Origin: Oopsacas minuta
Lineage: Eukaryota > Animalia > Porifera
Assembly: GCA_024704765.1 (NCBI GenBank)
Contig: JAKMXF010000188.1
Span: 553,015 to 617,014 of the forward strand
Direction of reading: 5' to 3'
DNA: 64,000 bases
This document shows, piece by piece, positions 52,736 to 62,952 of the stretch. Made by a program: the position numbers and the translations under genes. A model generated the notes under the pieces. It ran no database searches, was not told where the DNA came from, and saw only the letters and a program-made list of their open reading frames with translations. The first letter of the stretch is position 1. Each line of letters begins with the position of its first letter.

Positions 52736-54469
52736 CCTGTAATTTATATTTGTTACAGAATTTGTCCTAAAGTAAAATTAAGTTATGGTTTATACTATTT
52801 ATCCTACATGTAATCTCTCTATTTTGAAAACTTATATTTTATCTCCGCGAATAAGATAGTAAAACAATCTAACGAACTGATCCTTATCAGATAGATAATT
52901 AAGGTAATTGTTAATTATTTGTGCTTGTTTTGGTATTGTCACGCCAGCCAAAAGTTATATGGTCCCCTCTGACCTCATTTAGCTGGCCAAATTTGGTCGC
53001 CAAAAATGTTCTCTATAGTTCAGATTAGGTCCCTCGGGCCAGTTTTAGCCAAACATAACTAGTCTGGGGACACTTTTGGTCGACTAAAGTTGGTCCAGGG
53101 TCAAAATTTTTGAAATATCTCACCGACTTTCAAATTCGTTTACGGTAAAATTTAGAGTACCCCGAAAACAGAACAATATTGTGTACTTATTGATGTCCCG
53201 TAATTCGCTAATAATAGACACAATTCACACAAAAGATGTTGCAGTTTAGGGACGTGCTTGGTGTGCGCGCGTGCACACCAGTGTAATCGCGTGTATACCA
53301 ACATGGTAGACCAACATGTTGGTGTACACGTGTGCACACTGGTGTATGGCCATGCAATAATAAAATGTTCTCTTCTGGTTCTTTATTAAATAATATAATT
53401 AGCGATACATAGTTCTAATTATAGAGATACAAATATATTTAATTATAGTATATATATCTTAACTTTCCATAACAATTCAGTAATATGCAGAAATAGATTT
53501 TCAGTAATATGCAGAAATAGATTTCTATTCAGCTCGGAACCTCAATCTATCACTGGGGAAAAGTACGTAATTATCTTTGTATTTTGACTTGTTTGTTCAG
53601 TTTATAGCGATAGCAGACACAGAGTTTAAGGTTTGTTTGATTTGTGTCTATTTAGTAATAAATGTCTTTGGTTAATTGTTCCATAATTGTTCAGTTCGTA
53701 AATGGTCAACATTCTATTATAGTAATCTGGGATTTCTTCTCACAGAAATTTACCATAATTCTTCGACTGAAACACTTCGAAACCATTGTTATGCATGTAC
53801 TTGTGTCCACATTTATTACTAATCTACAAGGTTGAAACCAATTGAACCGAATATCAGTATTATGAATAGCAACCCAACCGGTTACTGATTTCGGTTTGCA
53901 ACCGAATATTGAACTATTCTCCAAACACAGTATTATTCGGTTGCAAACTTGCTAATTAATTTGTGTCTAGAATTTGTTCCCATCCATTCTAATCCAATCC
54001 ATGTTTGGATAAGACGCACACTCGGATAGTACTGAAAATATTGTTCCCCTCGGTGTACTGTTTTCCCCGAGTTCCACTTTTCGTAATTACCTTTAGCAAA
54101 TTGTTTTGAACAAACAATTAAGATTACTTACTACACTACTACATGGATGGCCTAGTAACTAGAACATCTTAATATGAACTAGATATGAACTAGACTCTAG
54201 TTCATATCTAATTACGTTACAACGGTTAACTCCGTACTGTTACCACATAATAATTCCAAATTGTCCAATACAAATTATTTATAATCTGCTTGACTACTCG
54301 TGTAGCGAAGTGTCTGTATTATCCAATTTAAAATAATTTTTGAGACTGAGCAATAAATCTTTATTTTATTCTAATTATAAACTAATGATTTGACAACTTA
54401 AAAGTCCTAAAAAATATTAAGTGATGACTTGTGTTATACGTAATGACTATTCTCTCTGCTAGTAGTATG

Positions 54470-56513
54470 TTATGTGAACTTGTTAAAACAAGTGTGACCC
54501 TTATGGCATTTAGTGTTGCAACTTCTACCTTATTTCTTGCAAGGGCACCTTAGTGTTTTACAGTGCTTACATCTACATGCTGAACCACTGAGCTCCAGAG
54601 AAGCACTTTGCATTGCTCCCGTTTGACTGACTATAGAAGTATGGCAAGACTCATTTGCACTGATTCTGAATGGACAAACATCACTGATTCCTTGCATAGC
54701 CAGAGGAAATAGTGCCATGTGATGTAGCTACAGTATAAATAGGATCCTGTGCGTCGATGATATGACCCATAAGATTGCGTGGTCCAATCGAACTCATCTT
54801 ATCAGGTTGGGAAATGGGTATAAGCACAGTATCACCGATTTCAGCTGGTTTGAATTTTTTCCCACTTGACTTTAGCATACGATCATGTAGTGTTTCCTGA
54901 TTTCTTTTTATTCCTTTTCGTAAATGATGGGTATTTGTACTCTTTTCTTTGGGAAAACAACCTTGATACCACACTGAGCTCCCAAATCCCTCTTCCCCTT
55001 GTTGAATTCCGCAAGGTATGTGGACAAAACGACAACACTCAGGGCAAGAGTATACTCCACTTGTTTCATTCTCACATACAGCACAAAGTTAGTTGAATTG
55101 GTTGGATTTATATTTGAAACTATTGATGAACTACTAGATAGACGTCTGATGGGAAACTGTTTCTCAGTAATTAAATTATCTGATTCAAGAGCTCTAATTT
55201 GATTCTCCAGAATTACTGGAATACTTGATGTTGGGGTTTCAAAATTACTGTTATATTCTATACCATCGACAATTGTGCCAGGTGGAACTGTATCTAATAT
55301 TGAGAATTCATAATCGTCGGAAATAGGCGGGAACTTAGATAAATATGGAGACTGGTTCATTAGGATACTCTTCTGTATATGTAGGCACTTCGTTATCAGA
55401 CAAGTTAGATGATTCAGATGATTCATGAACAGATGCTGAGATTGGATCAGCAACAGATGTTTGTTAAAAGTTATTCAAATCGTCTTCGTTATTAATCACA
55501 CCTCAATGTTCTTTAGGAACATTAAGAGTGGCGAGTCCGAAGAATGGAGGTCTGCCATATACAGCTTCAAATGGCGTCATTCGAATAGTTGTATGGTAAC
55601 TTGTGTTGTAGTTAAATTTTACCCACTTTAAATACTGTACCCAGCATTGATTATTATTATTATCATGCATCATGGCAAATAATCCGTCTTTAACTTCTCT
55701 ATTCACACATTCTGCTGCCCCCTGACACTCAGGATGCCTGGGTTTGCCATGCACAATTTTCGTAGAGGGCCAAGTATCTCGCAAAGTTTCGAATAGAAGG
55801 CGATTTGAGAATTCTCCTCCATTATCAGAATGCAATATTAGAGGTGGGCCTTGATCGCAGAATATTTCAATTAAAATATCACGAACATTTTCTGCTGTTT
55901 TTCTAACTACGTAGTGGGACCAAGTTTATTTTTTTGGTAAAATGGTCAATGTAGACAAAAAGGTATTTATAGGGTGTGACTCCATCTGGTGACATGTTTT
56001 CAGCCAGATTCATATCTCTGAAATCTATGAGATCAATTTGACCTCTGCTCAGGTAATTTCTTGATACGATTGGCTTGGTAACTACAGACTTTATGGATTT
56101 CTTTCCCCTTTTTAGATGGCAAGTTGGACACATTTTGACATAAATACCACACAGTTCTTCAGTAACTCCAAGTAATATTGACTAACTCTCTTACACAATT
56201 TTGTCCTTCCTGAATGTTCGTGATTTTTGCGTGAAATTCTTCTAGGACATCGTAGATTTCATTACTTACCAATACTCTATTGGCATTGTGTCTGTTTGCT
56301 TCACGAAGGTATAGGGTTCCAACACTTTGATATGAAAGAAGTTTAAATCTATTCTGAACCCTTTGTCACTTTTGTCTTGCATTTTTTCTGTAGGTTTCTG
56401 TGATTTCAGGATGCAGATTTTTGCTCTATTTCTTCAGGTGAGAATATATTAATGGGTGAATCAGCCAGTTTCTTCTCGTCAAGAATTTTTATGAACTCTT
56501 CTCTTCCGGTAGG
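54470..56513 (-). pseudogene. KRBA2/SCAND3-like (Ginger2) integrase/transposase, frameshifted
   Basis: HHCC finger (H..HEHSGR...CPTC), then RGQIDLIDF, YIDHFTK, LHSDNGGEF, GKPRHPECQGAAECVNREVK (DDE core), then a Cys/His finger (CPECCRFVHIPC), IGDTVLIP..RN and a C-terminal CRCKHCKTLRCPCKK..CNTKCH..CFNK. Several frameshifts and stops, e.g. at about 56410, 56350, 56230, 55903 and 55503. Confidence 0.88.
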
Positions 56514-56552
56514 ACCAGGGTTCAATTCAATATCTCCCGATAAAAGGAGAAG
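56511..56552 (-). other. 2A-like StopGo (ribosome-skipping) motif LLLLSGDIELNPG/P
   Basis: CTT CTC CTT TTA TCG GGA GAT ATT GAA TTG AAC CCT GGT CCT matches D(V/I)ExNPGP exactly. It lies in an ATG-less open frame (56406-56642) that continues into TGREEFIKILDEKK, the transposase N-terminal region. Confidence 0.85.
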
Positions 56553-57123
56553 AATAGATAGATTTGGATATTTCCTTAATGATAACCATCGTGAGAAAGG
56601 AAATAGATGTTGTCGTTTGGTTTGAGATGAAGGGGAACGATATTAAGAAACAATTTGGTAAGGCGCTGATGGTGATTATAAAATGCAACAAATATCTACG
56701 AGTTATCTGATTTTATCAAGTTAACCGGGATACACTTAGAGCTCGGATGGATATGTAGAGTACTTTTATAGAATTGAAGATCATCATTTGTCACCAATGG
56801 AATTAAGGATATAGTCCGTGCTTCGAGCTCGAGACCCACAATGTTTCCATGTAGAATGTACATAAAATACATTATTAGTAATATAATGACGAACTTTGGA
56901 ATGAAAATCATTGTATAATACAAGCAGTATTCAAGAAGATAAATATATCTTTCCTTGTGCTTGAGTATATATGTATTTAATATTTCCTCCAGCATACATT
57001 GTAATGTTGTCACAAATTATGTCATATTATTTTATATTAATTATTGATATTCCCTTTCATTTCTAGGTGCTAGCAACTCAAATACTTTTTCAAAGGATCG
57101 TGAAACATTACGATGTTGATAAC

Positions 57124-57185
57124 AATGATATAATAATGATATAATAATGATATAATAATGATATAATAATGATATAATAATGATA
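57124..57185. repeat. 11-bp minisatellite, about 5.6 copies (AATGATATAAT), inside the Ginger element
   Basis: Direct inspection. Confidence 0.92.
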
Positions 57186-58310
57186 ATTAATGCACTGCAA
57201 CATATTTATTATGTTTAATTTCGTATTTAGTAAAGAACCAGAAGAGAACATTTTATTATGGCATGGCCATACATCAGTGTGTACACCAAGCACGTCCATA
57301 AACTGCAACACAAGCACTTAAGTTTTGTCCAATTTTTGAAATCTCAAAATTTGAAAAATTGCTTTGTCATCATCACCTCCACTATGGTGACGTCATGGTT
57401 ATGGTGGCCAATGCGTCCCTCCTAATATCTACTACACTTCATCAAATGTAAGTATTTCTCTAGCTGCATTGTTATAAAGTTCTTTGCGTTTCAAGTTAAA
57501 GTGGTTAATGACGTTTTTTTGACAAAATGGTCCGGGAGGACTATTTTTGTCAAATGTCAATATCCATGGTATTTGACAAAAAATGGTCCCCCCGGACCAT
57601 TTTTGTCAAAACATCTGTACAGAATGAAATTGTAATACCAATTATACTAAGATCCTTGGTAGGCGCAGCAGAAGTTGATAAATTTAGTTTTTATTCTACA
57701 AAATATAATTACTAGCAAAGAAAGATAAAATTGAATTTACGAATATTCATAGTCATTCTAAAAATGTTAAAATCGAATTCAACGTCCCTGTTTACCACTA
57801 TTTAGCAATTGGAAGCTAATCTCTGGGATTATTTTGAACTGTTTACCAAAAGCTGTGAAAATATGATTAATCATATGATAAATCAGTGTATATATATTTA
57901 ATAGAATGTATTGACCAATAGAATTACAGTCTGCATCATTACTAATTAAATTACAAACATTCCACCAAAATTAATTACATGCATTCATGCATAATTGTAA
58001 AAACCTACAATCTGATTGGTTTAAAATACAGCTGTCAAAAGGTATTAAATATACACATTAGAAGTTCCCAAATGTCAGGTGTACAACTAGATGTTACGAC
58101 GAGTATACGTACAAAATTGGTAACTTAATCTCTAAAGGTGTGAACAGCAGGGCGAAATTAGAGGAAGAAAGGTATTCAATTGATTGATCCCATGGTATCA
58201 AATAGTACCTTGAATAACTCAGTGAATGTATAAACACACTAATCACTATAATTGGGAAATAAACAACAAATAATAATAATAATAATAATAATAAATAATG
58301 GGACAAGAGA

Positions 58311-60362
58311 TTAGAGCATCTGTAGACAGTTGTCCTCTTTCATGTCACCAACTGTAACATAGCCAGATCGTTGTATAAATATGCAAGAGGGACGGAATAT
58401 TTGACACAATCCATGTCCTGTTTCACAAACTGTTTCTATGAATTTACCAAACTGGTCAAACACTTTGATGGAATTATCCCAGAAATCGCATATGTATATT
58501 CTCAATTCATCTGTGATAGGATTATAGAACAGGTTGAAGTTGTATGCTCCTACAATCTGATCCTCTGTAAGTATAGACACTATGAATTTTCCTTCTAGAG
58601 AGAACCTTTGTAGAGGAGAGGGAGATCCTGTGAAGAGACATATAACACAATTATCAACAACCTTCATGTCCTGTAGTCATGGATACCTGTTGGGTATCTT
58701 GGTCTGCAGAATAGGATTAAGTGGGTATTCTTGTTCTATACAGAGAGGATCTACCTGTATACGGATGAGACTGGGCTTAAGAGTCCCCACATACAAATGC
58801 GTACTGTTAGAGGAGGTACAACAAGCCTGTGGTATTGAGATGTGGTGTTCACGATTCATGCTAAATATATGCATACTATCTTCCCATGTTAAGCTGAATT
58901 GTGCTAATAAACTTGTATAGCACACGAATAAGGACTGTTTGAAGTATGTCAATGAGACAGGAGTATCAGGCAAACGAGGAGAATGATGCGAAGACTTAGC
59001 TACAAGATCATCAGCTCTGAGGACTGTGATTGTATCACCGTATCTATCCGCTACTATTACGTTATTCATAACCGCAATTATACCAGCTGGTGTATCTAAT
59101 TGGTGACCTCCTTCTCCACCTCTATCAACACCAGATGCCACAGGGATGTTCCTTTCTTCTTTGGGTGGAGCTATCAACATGGGATCGTTATCAGTGTCGA
59201 TAGCAAATGAAGGAATGTTTATTCTGTTGTCGTAATAGCGACGGATTGCTCTTTGTAAAAGATCATATATATCCTTCAAATCCTTATCCTCCTTATTCTT
59301 CCTGACGAGATATTCTAGTGACCTAGCGTCTCTGTACAGGAAAGATAGTTCATTGAATGTGAAAGTCACATTCTCCTCAACAAGTGCATACATATCCTCC
59401 ATCTTTATGCAGTTCTCTTCTATCCTATCTGCATTTCTGGTTTCCAACTCATCTCTAGCTATCGCACACTCCATATTGAGTCTGTTTAGCCTCATGTCAT
59501 ACTCCTGACGTGTGATACCCCCGGGAAGCAGGTCTCTCTTGGATGGATTTACTGGTTTCATATCTCCCTCTATTTCAGGATCTACATAGAAAATGAATTC
59601 TCCATCAATCAAGTGTGTCGCTCTCTCCCTCATTAAATATGAACACCAAGGTTCTGGAATAGGATAAGTCCTCATCTTTAAGATCTCTGCCTTCAGTCTC
59701 AGTCTCAGAGATTCGTATCTCTTTACTATCACACTCTCGATCGGTTTTGGGAGTTTAAGCTCTAGCCAATTCTGAATTCTATGAATCTTTTCCTCAGCTG
59801 TCTCCTTCCACATGATGAGACCGTTTAGGGAGTATAGGGAAGGTTCTGCTAGAGTCATCTCTATGTAGTAGAGGCTGTCTTTGATTTCAATAGGAAGGTA
59901 GTCATCGATGATTAGTAAAGATATTTTATGTAAATGCTTGTCGTATCGCTCCTGGAATGAATCTTTGAGAGGGATAGGAAGTATTTTACTGGAGATTACA
60001 GATTCATAATCTTTGTAGAGAGCTGGTAACTTGATAAGAATTCTACCAATGATTACGTTATATGGTGCTATAATTCCTTCCATTTCATTGAGGATATTTG
60101 GTATCCTAACAATATTCCTGTACTCTTGTATTATTCCGGTATATCGTGCCTTCAAGGATACACGTGTTTCTTTGGACAGTATGGAGGCCTTCTTGCTATT
60201 TAGAGTTTCCATTTCCAACTGGAACCCTCTAGACAATTCGGAAATTTCGTTAACTGTAATTTCTTGTAAGTCAATGGACAGAATTTCCTGTAATCTATCC
60301 TTGTACTTCTTCAACATCTTCTCAGCTTTTGAAGGTGTTACCTGGCTCATGTTTGTTGCCAT
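58311..60362 (-). CDS. Intronless gene: helical/coiled-coil N-terminus plus NHL-like beta-propeller C-terminus, with one in-frame TGA (58677-58679); pseudogene or readthrough gene
   Basis: ORFs 58677-60362 (561 aa) and 58311-58667 are in the same frame, separated only by TGA CTA CAG GAC; combined 684 codons. NHL-like motifs: LDTPAGII..VIVADRYG, IYICDFWDNSIKVFDQFGKFI, GLCQIFRPSCI. Confidence 0.75.
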
Positions 60363-61273
60363 TTCAAATATTATTTGTCTTCAGTTAATATTTATTTATT
60401 ATAATTGTTATATCAGTTCTTTTATAAATTATCTCTTCTTTAGAATTTGTATTAGAATTAAGTATTACTTTCAATGTGAAGTAATGTGTTTCATAATGTG
60501 GCTTAATAATAGGCACAATTAGCGACACAATTACATAATTGCTTTCTATGAAACTGAAATTAAAGTTTAATTCATAGGAAATCTGTGTTTGAAAGCAAAC
60601 AAATTAATTTCAATGATTTGTTTACCAAATAGAGTTAATTAAATTATATTCAGTTTCATAAACAAAGATCAAATTGTCTTTTAAATGGATCCATTTGGTC
60701 TCTCTAGTTTAAAGAGGTAAGAGGATCCCTTGGACAGAAACAGAACCATTCAATGTAGATAGTTCTAGGAAATCAAACTAACACCTATAATCCTATATGA
60801 TGTATTAAAGGAAGTATTCCAAATACCTTTGTATTAGAAGAAGATGTGTTGACTTTCTTCTTTTTCCTTCCAAACTAAGTAAATACACAAATAATATAAA
60901 ACCAACATATAGCAATATGGAACTATGGTATACATAGTATGTAAATTGGGTGTTATAATATGAAACTATAAACATACATCATCATATTCACCATCTGATT
61001 CTCTCTTAATTTACTCTACTGCTTCTCTCTCATTAAAACCTCCTCCAATACCTAGAAATTCTCAGAGATTTTGAGAGATATCTCTTAGATATTGGAAACA
61101 CTTCGTTGATTAATCACATTCCATTCAATAACTGATATGAATTTGTATAACCTTTTATCACCTTTCCCAGATATCTACACACACACACCAAATTTAAGTT
61201 TGTAGCTCTTAACAGTTCCTCATTAAGTTTGAACAAAACAAACAAATCTTATTATTATTTACTTTAGATAATA

Positions 61274-61876
61274 CTAGCCGCAACGCCGCCCTTTGAGCGG
61301 CTTTTTCTGCTAGTTCCTGCGGAATGCTTTTTCTGGCCTTCGGCCCTCACCATTGCTTTTTGGAGTTTGCGAACGCTACGCGCAAGCATGTATTTTCCTA
61401 TGCAATTGTACAAAATTGATGATCTTAACTTTTTTCAGTAAAGGATCATCAATTTTGTATTAATTGTATAGGAAAATATTCTTGTTTGTTTCGTAAAATG
61501 TTCCTTCTTTGGGAGAAGTTGGGTATCACTCTCTCTGCATTACGCCACGGGATCAATAAACTGTGAATTGTAACTATTGTAATTGGTAGAATCTGAATGA
61601 ACCAAATTCCCAGACTTTTTCATATTATACGAAGAAAGGAATCTGATTGGCCAACATTGACCGATCAGATTCCTCCGAAAATGCATTGATATATATAGGC
61701 GAGGTGTGAAAAATTCATATATCTTGTTCAAAAATGGTTCGATTCAAAAATGATTCTTAATTGGAAAGGTTGAGTACTACTTAGTCGACACACAAAATTT
61801 GGTTCGAATTGACCCAGGCATCTCTGAGGAAATGCGCGGACACTCACACACATACTTTGTTTTAAATATATACTAA
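61274..61876 (-). mobile_element. Near-complete Helitron-like non-autonomous element
   Basis: On the minus strand it starts TAGTATATATTTAAAACAAAGTATGTGTGTGAGTGTCCG and ends GCCGC-TCAAAGG-GCGGC (hairpin) GTTGCGGCTAG|T. Confidence 0.7.
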
Positions 61877-61894
61877 TAACAAACATTACTATGT

Positions 61895-62625
61895 ATTGGT
61901 TTGACTTTACCATTGCCATTTTCCCTAATGTGCCTCAAATTAATAATTAATGCAGTTATGTATTGATTTATTATCTATTGTTCAAATTTACGAGAAAGTG
62001 GGTGAGGGTGTACGCTCCATTGGAAAAATTTAGACGAAAAGCTGGCGCGTGCTCTGTTTTGAGACATGAAATGTAGAACGAAAGCCCCCTCCAAGAATTG
62101 AGGAGCGTAACCTAACCAGCCATAATTCCATGCCCCTCACCCTAATATTGTGTTTACTAAATAGGTATATTTCTCAATCTAAAGTGACAATATACTACCC
62201 GAATGGCAAAAAGTGATTTCGTATAAACTATAAAATTTCGGCTGTTTACTATTTACAAAAGTTAGAGTTTGTCTGATGAATGTAACAATTAAATAATTCG
62301 TTAGTTAACTACTTATATAGTTAGTCAATCAACATAATACATTGAGCATATGTATAGCTGTAGTCGCTTTTCTTATATTGGAGGAATAAAAAATGCTTAT
62401 AGCCAAAATTTACAGTAAGCTGTAGCTACTACGTATTTTAGTACGTAACCTCATCACTAGTCAAATTTGCTCAAATCATTATACAAGGCCGTCTATGATC
62501 CTGTTATGTTATTAAACATAAGCAATGGATCATAATATGTTCATAAAGGCCGAACAGTTATATTTATTTTAGTCCCAGAATATCACCGAATATTTCCGAA
62601 TCGCTGGATTTTATCTTACCAAAGC
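61895..62625. repeat. ~731-bp dispersed direct repeat, copy 2
   Basis: Colinear copy of 51997-52735. Confidence 0.92.
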
Positions 62626-62952
62626 AGTTTGCAGAAATCCATCCCCCGTTGCAAAATCGGTCCGGGGGGATCGATTTCTGCAAATAACTCAATGCAGAAA
62701 TCTATCCCCCCTTATATGTATTGTTTGTAAGTTTCAGGAGTGATTATATAATTGTTTTAGATTAATAAGCATGACTATCATTATACACTTAGCTGAAATA
62801 CTTCCTTCCATTAACAACAATATATTTATTATGTAATATATGTTACTACGTAAACAGTCAAATTACGTACTTTCGCAGGCTAATTATAGCCTCAGAGAAA
62901 GTCTAAGAGCAATACTTACAATTTTCGAAAAGTTTTATATTATTTCACATAA

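Larger units (their letters stand above)
53237..57310 (-). mobile_element. Ginger2/TDD-type DNA transposon, 4074 bp, decayed
   Basis: TGT...ACA ends with TIRs: left 53237-53392 (TGTTGCAGTTTAGGGACGTGCTTGGTGT...ATGGCCATGCAATAATAAAATGTTCTCTTCTGGTTCTTT) and right 57224-57310. Encloses a retroviral-type DDE integrase but no RT, gag or LTR. No clean TSD. Confidence 0.82.

Noticed and set aside
53233-57314. Target-site duplication of the Ginger element
   Set aside because: The flanks AAGA and CAAG do not match, so no TSD is claimed.
57108-57317. 69-aa ORF with YHYYIIIISLL repeats
   Set aside because: Product of the TIR plus the 11-bp minisatellite.
58094-58306. 70-aa ORF with a poly-Leu signal-like start
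   Set aside because: The Leu run comes from a (TAA)n microsatellite in the probable 3' UTR.
58677-58679. TGA as selenocysteine
   Set aside because: No redox motif context, and I could not identify a SECIS element downstream.
60031-60522. 163-aa plus-strand ORF
   Set aside because: Antisense to the NHL gene start and its AT-rich upstream region; no motifs.
51997-62625. Direct repeats as LTRs of a retrotransposon containing the integrase
   Set aside because: No TG..CA ends, PBS/PPT, TSD, gag or RT; the integrase has its own TIRs.
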